A stretch of DNA of 31,027 nt. Origin: a virus (Duplodnaviria > Caudoviricetes). Position 1 is the stretch's first letter, and the number at the start of each line of letters is the position of its first letter. Under the pieces are notes generated by a model. That model was given only the letters and a program-made list of their open reading frames with translations. It was not told the DNA's origin and made no database searches. A program made the translations under genes and the position numbers. Where the stretch lies: IMG/VR virus record IMGVR_UViG_3300046788_000132, positions 1 through 31,027 of that record; one strand, given 5' to 3'. Shown here piece after piece: positions 16,809-23,768 of this stretch.

Positions 16809-17945
16809 TCATGTGACGCGGGCTCGGAATGCGAACTTCCGAAGGTTCTCTTGGACGTCAGGGTCAGTCAAGCGGCGACCGCGGAAGTCGGGCTGGTCGG
16901 CGGTGCCGAAGGTCGGGACGGTGAACTGGGTCTTGGCGATTTCCTCGTCGCGGTAGTCCTCGGTGAACTCGAAGGCGTCGCCCTCGATGTCGAACATCCG
17001 GAGGTCGGCGCGGTTGAAGTCGATCAGGTCGCCCGACACCACGCGGTTCATGTAGAGGAGATTGAAGCGGGGGCCGTACTCCTTCATCCACTGGTCGACC
17101 TTGTCGGCGGTGACGTACTCGGGCCAGATGAGGGAGCCGCGTTCGGTCACCGCGCGGAACCGGCGGTTGACGGCGACCGACGGGTCCTTCTCCACGTAGT
17201 GCGGCATGTCGTCGGGAGTCCAGTACGTCCCGGTGATGAATTCCAGGCCGTTCGGGGGGAGCAGCGCGCGGGAGTTGACGTGCCAGTCAATCGCCGTTTG
17301 CATGACCACGCTGCTGTTCGCCGCCGCCTCCGTCGTGATGTCGTCCTTGATGATGACGTTGGGGTGCTTGCCGGTGCGCGCCCCACCGACGCCCACGGCG
17401 TCGAGGCTGGCCTCCGCGAACTCCACGTCGCGCTTGATGATGATCTCGCCGTCGTTCCAGGTCTTGGCGTCGCGGCGCGGGTTCTCCCAGCAGACGTGGG
17501 GCCAGAGGCCCCGCAGGAGGTCGTTCCCCTCCATATGCGACTTCACGACGCGGAGGTTGCCCTTGGCCATGTCGTAGGACTCGCCAGCGAGCAGCACCCG
17601 GGTGTGGCCGCCCGGAACCCCGGGGAAGTATCGGTTGGTGTCCGCGGGCTGAATCCACATATGCAGCGGCAGGGTCCGCGGCACCAGGGTCGACTTCCCG
17701 TGGTCGCGGGGCATGAGCAGCATCTTCCGCTGCGGCGGCACCTTCTGGAGCCAGTCGCACACGGGCCGGTGCAGCGCCTGGGTGAGGAACGTGTACCCCA
17801 GGATTCCCACCGCGAACGTGAACAGGCTGCGCTCGGCTTGCAGCCTGAACGACTGAATGAACGCGGAGTCCGCGGCGGTCGCACCGGCTTGCCGGACCTG
17901 GCCGTTCGATTGGACAACCAGTTCAGGGGTCCCTGGGCCACTCAT
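16809..17945 (-). CDS. terL: Terminase large subunit, stand-alone N-terminal ATPase domain (378 aa)
   Basis: Walker A MPRDHGKST, AVGVGGARTGKH, Walker B VIIKDD, coupling motif TGTYW, IWPE and LYMN. The ATG at 17945 follows the endolysin stop. Confidence 0.9.
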   Translation of the reverse strand: MSGPGTPELVVQSNGQVRQAGATAADSAFIQSFRLQAERSLFTFAVGILGYTFLTQALHRPVCDWLQKVPPQRKMLLMPRDHGKSTLVPRTLPLHMWIQPADTNRYFPGVPGGHTRVLLAGESYDMAKGNLRVVKSHMEGNDLLRGLWPHVCWENPRRDAKTWNDGEIIIKRDVEFAEASLDAVGVGGARTGKHPNVIIKDDITTEAAANSSVVMQTAIDWHVNSRALLPPNGLEFITGTYWTPDDMPHYVEKDPSVAVNRRFRAVTERGSLIWPEYVTADKVDQWMKEYGPRFNLLYMNRVVSGDLIDFNRADLRMFDIEGDAFEFTEDYRDEEIAKTQFTVPTFGTADQPDFRGRRLTDPDVQENLRKFAFRARVT

Positions 17946-17957
17946 TACGGTATCTAC
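17941..17957 (-). promoter_or_regulatory. GTAGATACCGTAATGAG motif copy (endolysin stop / TerL start)
   Basis: Contains the endolysin TAG and the TerL ATG. Confidence 0.75.
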
Positions 17958-18436
17958 GCGAACCGCACGGTGCGAAGCGCCTGGGCGTAGACACTGTCCC
18001 AACGGGCACGGCTCGGCTTGCCGGGACGCCACAGCGCGAGGTACTGTTTCCAGCCCTCATCTATGTCGCTCAGCGCCGGCAGCGGGTGGGGATACTGATA
18101 CAGCAGGTCCCGCGCCAGCATCACCGCCATGTGGTCGCCCTCGATGGTCGCGAGGCCGTCGTACAGCACCTGGGTGTTCAACTCCCAGCCCAGTTCGCGC
18201 ACCGCCTCCTGGATACGGTGGTCGCCGTGGATGACGAAGTCGTGGACGCCGCCGCCCTTCTCGAACTGCCAGAAGCCGTGCGCGGGGCCGTGGTGCTGGA
18301 CCCGCGTAGCGAACCCGGATTCCTGCAGGCCGATCGCCAGCAGCATCGTCTCCGCTTCCAGCGACGGGAACGGGACGCCGAGCATGGTGTTCAACGGCGG
18401 CTGGATGATCTGCTGCAGGGCGTCAGTCGGTGTCAT
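17954..18436 (-). CDS. Endolysin, lysozyme-like/lytic transglycosylase fold
   Basis: Catalytic ES motif in MLLAIGLQESGF, plus GPAHGFWQFE and YLALWRPGKP. Confidence 0.8.
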   Translation of the reverse strand: MTPTDALQQIIQPPLNTMLGVPFPSLEAETMLLAIGLQESGFATRVQHHGPAHGFWQFEKGGGVHDFVIHGDHRIQEAVRELGWELNTQVLYDGLATIEGDHMAVMLARDLLYQYPHPLPALSDIDEGWKQYLALWRPGKPSRARWDSVYAQALRTVRFA

Positions 18437-18908
18437 TCGGCTCTACCTCGATGTCGATCACCTGGCCCGTGCCCTCGTCTACCAACTTCTTCCAGGTCTC
18501 CATGCGGTCCGTGTCGATGTTGATGACGACCTTCGAGCCGCCAGATTGTGCAGCCGCGTTCGGCTTCGGAAGCTGACGTTCAAAGAGAGATTGTGTTGCT
18601 CGGAGCCGAAGGCTGGCGAACCCCGGGCTGTCGGGGATGGACCCGTCTCGGAACTCCCGCAGGACCTTCACCGTCTTGTCGATGTCCTCCTGGTCCATGA
18701 GCTTCGCCTCGCTGGCGCTCACCGCGAACCGCCGCTCGTACTCCGCGACCAGGGTCAGGAACAGCGGGGACTCCTTGAACGTCGCAACGCGCTGCGTCGG
18801 AACCCCGATCGCCTTCGCGATCTCGACCGCGGTGTACTTGTGGGTGGCCACCAGCATCGCGATCAGGTCTTGGGACACGGGGACAGCCGGGACGGCTGGG
18901 CTTCTCAT
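18423..18908 (-). CDS. terS: Terminase small subunit (putative)
   Basis: N-terminal HTH (TAVEIAKAIGVPTQRV), LRLRATQSLFER helix and C-terminal KVVINID...VIDIE strands. Lies upstream of TerL. Confidence 0.7.
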   Translation of the reverse strand: MRSPAVPAVPVSQDLIAMLVATHKYTAVEIAKAIGVPTQRVATFKESPLFLTLVAEYERRFAVSASEAKLMDQEDIDKTVKVLREFRDGSIPDSPGFASLRLRATQSLFERQLPKPNAAAQSGGSKVVINIDTDRMETWKKLVDEGTGQVIDIEVEPNDTD

Positions 18909-18920
18909 TCCGGTATCTAC
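18904..18920 (-). promoter_or_regulatory. GTAGATACCGGAATGAG motif copy (TerS start)
   Basis: 16/17 identical to the other two copies. Contains the TerS ATG. Confidence 0.7.
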
Positions 18921-18953
18921 TGATGCAGCGGGCCGTCGAGGCATACTACCGTT

Positions 18954-19250
18954 CTACTTCAACACGTCCCGCCGTACAAGCTCCCCGTTCAACGGCAACC
19001 ACTCGCACACCCACGCGAAGCTCCCCATGTCCTGGGGGTCCCCCGGCACCCCGAGCCAGATGCGGGCCTCGCGCCGCAGGGTGTCGCTAGGCGACCTGGC
19101 GTCGCGGACCGCCTGGTTGACCACCGCGGCCCAGAGCGCCTTGGACCGGGGCTCACTCGACATCAGGTCCAGTAGATACCGCTCCCAGCGACTGCGATCA
19201 CCGGGGTTCAGCGTCGCAGCCCTGTGGTGCTGATTCACGTTCCTCGGCAT
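18954..19250 (-). CDS. Conserved small helical phage protein (LWxAVxxQAxxD...EAxxWL...SFxWVC type), possible regulator
   Basis: Reads KALWAAVVNQAVRDA...REARIWL...GSFAWVCEWL. First gene of the left arm. Confidence 0.65.
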   Translation of the reverse strand: MPRNVNQHHRAATLNPGDRSRWERYLLDLMSSEPRSKALWAAVVNQAVRDARSPSDTLRREARIWLGVPGDPQDMGSFAWVCEWLPLNGELVRRDVLK

Positions 19251-19313
19251 ACCGGGGTTCTACCGAGCGAGACGGCCGCGCACAAGTGTGTCGAAACGAT
19301 ACACCCTGCCTCA

Positions 19314-19370
19314 AAAATTTGGCGCGTGTACACGAGGGTCTTCATGTATAATTTACAACCCCCCCGGGGG
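19314..19370 (-). other. Candidate packaging-initiation/terminus signature
   Basis: The minus strand reads CCCCCGGGGGGG...CGTGTACACG CGCC AAATTTTT upstream of terS. Confidence 0.4.
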
Positions 19371-19388
19371 TGTCTACCGGGTTAGTAG

Positions 19389-19401
19389 TATCAACTGCTT
19401 G
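19389..19401 (+). promoter_or_regulatory. IHF consensus site
   Basis: TATCAACTGCTTG matches WATCAANNNNTTR exactly. Confidence 0.5.
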
Positions 19402-19436
19402 AAAACGCTGCGTTTGACGCACTGCTCGCGGCGTCT

Positions 19437-19743
19437 GGATAACTTTGGGGAACTCCAGTACTCCAGTGTCAGTGGGAATTTGCAGAGTGTATTCGCATAC
19501 TTAGCGCCTGCGGCGCCTGCTAGCTTGCCGAAGGCGTTGGATTCTTCTCCGACCGGCCTCTCCGCGCTCCTCCGAGAGTCTAGTACTTTAGTAGTAGTAC
19601 TTTAGTAGTATGTTCTCTCTAGAGCAGGGAGAGGCCGGTTCCCCGGAAATACTAACGCCTTAGGCATGATAGTTTTGTATGTCCCGGAAAACACTCGGGA
19701 ATCGCACCGTATCGAGAATCATTCCGATTCCCCAAAGTTATCC
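19437..19743. repeat. Nested inverted repeats around an AT-rich tandem repeat; candidate replication origin
   Basis: 16 bp perfect IR at 19437-19452/19728-19743. 12/13 IR at 19526-19538/19654-19666. 12 bp perfect IR at 19552-19563/19628-19639. Centre is (TAGTACTTTAGTAG)x2 at 19581-19608. Confidence 0.7.
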
Positions 19744-19809
19744 CGAATTCCCCTGCTTCGCAGGCCAGTCGGAGTTCGATCCGGCCCGCGTGCGCGGCGC
19801 GAGCGCGCG

Positions 19810-19826
19810 AGCAAGAGCCGTGCCAA
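19810..19826 (-). promoter_or_regulatory. Sigma54 (-24/-12) promoter, leftward
   Basis: TTGGCACGGCTCTTGCT is a full match to YTGGCACGRNNNTTGCW and is intergenic. Confidence 0.8.
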
Positions 19827-19912
19827 CGGAACTTTGTAGAAAAATCGTGTAAATTGTAGAATATACACGGTTGACGCACCGCGGAAAATGAACGATTTCG
19901 GGCACTTAGCGT

Positions 19913-19929
19913 TTGGCACGTCGCATGCA
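19913..19929 (+). promoter_or_regulatory. Sigma54 (-24/-12) promoter, rightward
   Basis: TTGGCACGTCGCATGCA has GG-N10-GC spacing and lies about 75 bp upstream of the first right-arm ATG. Confidence 0.7.
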
Positions 19930-20002
19930 CTTGGAGCCGCTCGACCGCCGCGCTCCCCGGATGGGAGCAGAAAACAACGCCCGCGAGGGCAGGGAGGCAA
20001 TC

Positions 20003-20284
20003 ATGGCCATGGAAGCAACGGCAGCGAAGGCCGGTGGACTCACCGACGACGAGAAGATCGAACTAGACCGCTTGCGCGAGGAGAACGCCAAGCTCAAGGC
20101 GAAGGTCGCCAAGGGCGGCAAGCTCACCTGCAAGATCGGGGAGAAGGGCGGACTCTGCGTCTACGGCCTGGGACGATTCCCGGTCACGCTCTACCGCGAG
20201 CAGTGGGAACGGCTGATCGCCTTCGTCCCCGAGGTCCAGGCGTTCATCGCCGCGAACGCCGGCAAGCTCAGCGTCAAGCTCTAG
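20003..20284 (+). CDS. Conserved bacterial-type small protein (coiled coil + EKGGxxVYGLGRFPVTLYxEQW), probable nucleic-acid binder
   Basis: GGAGG RBS before the ATG at 20003. Recognisable motif. Confidence 0.8.
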   Translation: MAMEATAAKAGGLTDDEKIELDRLREENAKLKAKVAKGGKLTCKIGEKGGLCVYGLGRFPVTLYREQWERLIAFVPEVQAFIAANAGKLSVKL

Positions 20285-20298
20285 ACGCGGCACGCAAC

Positions 20299-20321
20299 CG
20301 GGGGGCGGCCTTCGCCCCCCG
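20299..20321 (+). other. Intergenic GC hairpin
   Basis: CGGGGGGCG-GCCTT-CGCCCCCCG, with no U-tract. Confidence 0.6.
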
Positions 20322-20335
20322 CGGCTCGGAGGTCC

Positions 20336-20527
20336 ATGATGGCAAAGTTCAACACAATCGGGCAGTTGGAGCACATCCGCCGGCAGTTGGAGCGCAAGCG
20401 CAGCGAGCAACGCGCAGCCGCGCGCCGCGCGAAGCGAGAGCCGCAGGTCTGGGCGTTCATGTGCGAGGTCGAGGACTTCGCCCGCGAGCACTACGCCAAC
20501 AACCGCCACGCTGCCCCGGTGCGCTGA
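20336..20527 (+). CDS. Hypothetical protein
   Basis: GGAGG RBS. The stop overlaps the next ATG. Confidence 0.7.
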   Translation: MMAKFNTIGQLEHIRRQLERKRSEQRAAARRAKREPQVWAFMCEVEDFAREHYANNRHAAPVR

Positions 20528-20796
20528 TGGCCAGCGTCTACCAGCACGAAATCACCGTCCAGGGTACAGGCCCATTCCCGCTGGACATGCTGCGCTACGA
20601 CGCCTGCTGGCCGCGGACGCAGTCTGCCGTAGACGCAATCCACGCGAGCATCCAGGGTCCGCGCATCACCGAGAAGGAGTACACGGTCGAACTCGCCTGC
20701 GTGAGCAACACCAAGCTCTCCTGCTGGGCGACTGAGCGATGGGCCTCGTTCGGCTGGGCAGTGATCGCCCAGCGAACCGACAGGGTAGGTGGCTGA
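20527..20796 (+). CDS. Conserved phage hypothetical protein (FPxDMLRYDxCWP...RWxSFGW)
   Basis: TGATG coupling at both ends. Recognisable motif. 89 aa. Confidence 0.75.
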   Translation: MASVYQHEITVQGTGPFPLDMLRYDACWPRTQSAVDAIHASIQGPRITEKEYTVELACVSNTKLSCWATERWASFGWAVIAQRTDRVGG

Positions 20797-20984
20797 TGTA
20801 CTACCTGTTGGCCTACATCGGACTGGTCGCCATCGCCTGGCGCGTGTGCGTTGCGCTTGTGCGGTCTGGCGACCGCAAGCCGCTGTACTTCGAGGCGACG
20901 TACGGGCCGTACGAGTACCATCGAGACTGGCCCTGCCAGTGCGAGATGTGCCAGGATGTCTGGCGCGAGGAGGTGATATCGTGA
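20796..20984 (+). CDS. Small membrane protein with HxxxxCxCxxC motif
   Basis: Reads MYYLLAYIGLVAIAWRVCVALV...HRDWPCQCEMC. Confidence 0.65.
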   Translation: MYYLLAYIGLVAIAWRVCVALVRSGDRKPLYFEATYGPYEYHRDWPCQCEMCQDVWREEVIS

Positions 20985-21106
20985 TCCGGGGAATCGCTGA
21001 GGTCGTGGTGTTCATCCTCACGGCTTTCAACACAGTGGTCTGCGTCGGGGTTGTGCGTTGCTTTGCCAAGCTCGACGCCTTTCTCAAGGAGGTCGAGAAG
21101 TCATGA
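20981..21106 (+). CDS. Small membrane protein (41 aa)
   Basis: GGAGG RBS, GTGA and ATGA overlaps. Reads MIRGIAEVVVFILTAFNTVVCVGVVRCFAKLDAFLKEVEKS. Confidence 0.6.
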   Translation: MIRGIAEVVVFILTAFNTVVCVGVVRCFAKLDAFLKEVEKS

Positions 21107-21519
21107 ACATCCAGATCAACATGGTCCCGCCGTCCGAGATGCGCTACGCCACGGTTGGCGACTGGCAGCATCACGTCAAGAACGGCAAGCAGACCCTGGT
21201 TATCACGGTCGCGGATACCGGCGACAGCGGCAGCAACATGCTGGTTGCAATCCACGAGCTTGTCGAGGCGACGTTGTGCGACCAGAACGGTGTCCCCGAG
21301 TCCATGGTGGACAAGTGGGACCGCGAGCATGCGGACGCAGAGGAGCCTGGCGAGGTAAAGGGCGCACCGTACTTCGCTGAGCATCACATCGCCACGTCCG
21401 TCGAGATGATGCTTGCGCCACACTACGACCTCAACTGGGCAGAACACGAGCGCCACGTCGAGGACGCCAGCGACGCAGTGGACGAAGCTCTCTCGCTCAA
21501 GCGAAAGGACGGGAAGTAA
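21103..21519 (+). CDS. Zincin-like putative metalloprotein (HExxE)
   Basis: GGAGG RBS. Motifs RYATVGDW, LVAIHELVE, EPG...APY...HHIATSVE. Confidence 0.7.
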   Translation: MNIQINMVPPSEMRYATVGDWQHHVKNGKQTLVITVADTGDSGSNMLVAIHELVEATLCDQNGVPESMVDKWDREHADAEEPGEVKGAPYFAEHHIATSVEMMLAPHYDLNWAEHERHVEDASDAVDEALSLKRKDGK

Positions 21520-21520
21520 C

Positions 21521-21763
21521 ATGCAAGACACCGCAGCCCCGCGAGGCCAAGCCCTTGTGGCCGCCCAGATCGCCGCGTACCAGCGCGGACTGGACGATGG
21601 TCGCAATGGCGTGTCGCTGAGCAAGGAAGAGAACCCAATCCACGTCTGGGCATCCTACGTCCGCGGCTACAACGATGGCCTAGACGACCGCCGCTACTGG
21701 CGCGAGTGGGCGGTCAAGCGTACCTCACAGAAAGGAGGTGCGGTTCAAAGCAAGATAGCGTGA
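21521..21763 (+). CDS. Small protein with RMF-like YxxGxxxG repeats
   Basis: AAYQRGLDDGRNG...NP...SYVRGYNDG. Confidence 0.6.
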   Translation: MQDTAAPRGQALVAAQIAAYQRGLDDGRNGVSLSKEENPIHVWASYVRGYNDGLDDRRYWREWAVKRTSQKGGAVQSKIA

Positions 21764-21771
21764 GTCTACAC

Positions 21772-21800
21772 GGACGCTGCATCGGAAAGGCGCAGCGTCC
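21772..21800 (+). other. Intergenic hairpin upstream of the AAA ATPase
   Basis: GGACGCTGC...GCAGCGTCC 9 bp stem. Confidence 0.6.
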
Positions 21801-21840
21801 TTGGAGCACTCCCGCTCCCACAGGTGGAAAGTGAGGTAAC

Positions 21841-23292
21841 ATGGCTACCAAGCTGACGTACAACAACATGGAGGTCAAGCAGGAGGGCACGGCAATCGTG
21901 CTGCCCGAACGCATGGCCTACCAGGAAGCCATCGTGTGGATCACACGCAAGATGGAATCCGAAGAAGAGGTCGTCCAGGTCAGTCGGGAATACAAGTGCT
22001 TCCCGATGGACGGCGCAGCCGCGCTGACGCGCGCAATCGCCAAGGTCTACGGCTGGGCACAGGCGATGCCCACGGGATTCTTCGGAGAGAATCCCCCGCA
22101 GCAGGTCGAGGTCGCAACGGGCCACGACACGTACATCAGCGTCTCGTGGGGCGACCTCGCCATCCCCGACGTGGGCGTGGTCCGCACGGCAATCGGTCGC
22201 AGCCGTGAAGGCTTGCCGGTGTTCCGCCTGATGGCTCGCCTCAAGCAGAAGAACCGCGCCAAGCTCGAAGCCCTCTTCGAGCAGGTCCAGAACGAGGTCG
22301 ACGCGGCGAGCATCTACCGCGGCAAGGCCGTGCGGTTCCGGTTCCCCAGCGACGACCCGGATGACTTCGATCCGACCGTCGCCCCCACGTTCCTCGACCT
22401 CAGTCGCCACAACCCCGACGAGGTCGTGTTCCCCAGGGACATTCAGCACCTCGTGGACATGACGCTGCTGACCCCGCTGCGTCACACACAGGTCCTGCGG
22501 GACCAGGGCATCCCGCTAAAGCGCGGCGTGCTGCTTGCCGGTGAGTACGGAGTCGGCAAGACCCTCCTGGCGTACAAGACCGCCCACGTCGCGGTCAACA
22601 ACGGCTGGTCGTACCTCTACGCAGAGGCAGGCCAGTTGCGCCAGGCCATCGAGTACGGCTTGCTCTACGAGCCGTGCGTCATCTTCGCGGAAGACCTCGA
22701 CTCCGCACTCGGCGGCCAGACCCGCTCCGACGCGGTCAACGACGTGCTCAACACCATCGACGGTGTGAACGTCAAGGGCCGCGAGGTCATGGTCGTGCTC
22801 ACCACGAACCACCTCGACAAGATCAACCAGGCGATGCTGCGCCCCGGCCGACTGGACGCAGTGATCCGCATCCCGCCCCCCGACGCGGACGCAGCCGAGC
22901 GGCTCATCCGACTCTACGCCCGTGGACGCCTCGCAGCCGGCGAGAAGCTCATGGACGTGGGGGCACGGCTCGCTGGCCAGATTCCCTCGGCAATCCGCGA
23001 GGTGGTCGAGCGTGCCAAGCTCGCAACGATCACTCGCACCGGCAACGGTGACGAGAAGCTGACCGCCAGCGACCTCTTGCTGGCCGCCCACGGCATGCAG
23101 CATCACCTGGAACTGCTGCAGCCCCGGCCCGTCGACACCCGCAGCGACATCGAGAAGGCCGCAGGCGTGCTGGTCGAGGGCATCACAGCAGTCGAACTTC
23201 GCAGCAACGGCAACGGCCACGACCGCGACCCTCTCAACCTGGACGAACTCCCGTACACTCCGGGGTCGCTGGGCCTCACGTACCGCGAGTAG
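21841..23292 (+). CDS. Classical-clade AAA+ ATPase (FtsH/Cdc48-like ATPase domain, no protease domain)
   Basis: RGVLLAGEYGVGKT Walker A, VIFAEDLD Walker B and TTNHLDKINQAMLRPGRLD second region of homology. GAGGT RBS. Confidence 0.92.
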   Translation: MATKLTYNNMEVKQEGTAIVLPERMAYQEAIVWITRKMESEEEVVQVSREYKCFPMDGAAALTRAIAKVYGWAQAMPTGFFGENPPQQVEVATGHDTYISVSWGDLAIPDVGVVRTAIGRSREGLPVFRLMARLKQKNRAKLEALFEQVQNEVDAASIYRGKAVRFRFPSDDPDDFDPTVAPTFLDLSRHNPDEVVFPRDIQHLVDMTLLTPLRHTQVLRDQGIPLKRGVLLAGEYGVGKTLLAYKTAHVAVNNGWSYLYAEAGQLRQAIEYGLLYEPCVIFAEDLDSALGGQTRSDAVNDVLNTIDGVNVKGREVMVVLTTNHLDKINQAMLRPGRLDAVIRIPPPDADAAERLIRLYARGRLAAGEKLMDVGARLAGQIPSAIREVVERAKLATITRTGNGDEKLTASDLLLAAHGMQHHLELLQPRPVDTRSDIEKAAGVLVEGITAVELRSNGNGHDRDPLNLDELPYTPGSLGLTYRE

Positions 23293-23321
23293 CGCGGGAC
23301 AACCGGCAAGGAGGGACCAGG

Positions 23322-23768
23322 ATGTCCATGGAGAAGATCGACAAAGACGAGGGGGCGAGGCGTCTCGCCAGCGGGGACCTTGTCCCGTTGACGTGCCCCC
23401 GCGAGGCGGCAGTGGACTTGCTGACCGCACTCTACGACCAGCCCGCTCTCAACCCGACGCTAGTCGGATTCGCACTCGCGGTAGCGGAAGCCCTCCAAGC
23501 CGCGAACAGGAACGCCAAGCGGGCCGGCAAGCAGCCCGTGTGGCCTCGGTTCACACCCGAACAGATGATCGCCAAGCTCGCAGGCGACGCCGGCATCCCG
23601 TCGGCAATGCTCAAGGCGGTCACAGAGGGCGACGTGAAGTGCCCAGGTTGCGGCGAGTTTCACGGCCCGCAAGGCTCCAACGGTGAGCCCGACTCGGCGG
23701 CAGACCAGTACGTAGACGAGATGGAGGCCCTACTCAAGGGAATGCCAGCGAGCGCCACCAAGCACTAA
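23322..23768 (+). CDS. Hypothetical protein with CPGCGEFH metal-binding motif
   Basis: AAGGAGG RBS. 148 aa. Confidence 0.75.
   Translation: MSMEKIDKDEGARRLASGDLVPLTCPREAAVDLLTALYDQPALNPTLVGFALAVAEALQAANRNAKRAGKQPVWPRFTPEQMIAKLAGDAGIPSAMLKAVTEGDVKCPGCGEFHGPQGSNGEPDSAADQYVDEMEALLKGMPASATKH

Noticed and set aside
317-17990. Long plus-strand ORFs over the left arm (e.g. 317-2002, 3079-4242, 8931-9791, 11543-12553, 16692-17990)
   Set aside because: They are antisense shadows of high-GC3 genes on the minus strand, with no RBS or motifs.
18432-18446. GTAGAGCCGAATGAC before the endolysin start as another motif copy (also GGAGATACCGGAGTC near 13523-13537)
   Set aside because: Each needs indels or core mismatches. 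The endolysin has an ordinary GAGG RBS, so these were not counted.
19437-19743. Protelomerase telRL site or invertible segment
   Set aside because: The centre is a direct tandem repeat rather than a perfect palindrome, and there is no protelomerase or invertase in the window.
19288-20000. ORFs 19288-19605, 19652-19930 and 19719-20000 in the control region
   Set aside because: They have atypical composition and no RBS, and they overlap repeats and promoters.
21841-23292. AAA+ ATPase as a canonical sigma54 enhancer-binding protein
   Set aside because: It has no GAFTGA loop or C-terminal HTH, and it carries the classical-clade second region of homology instead.
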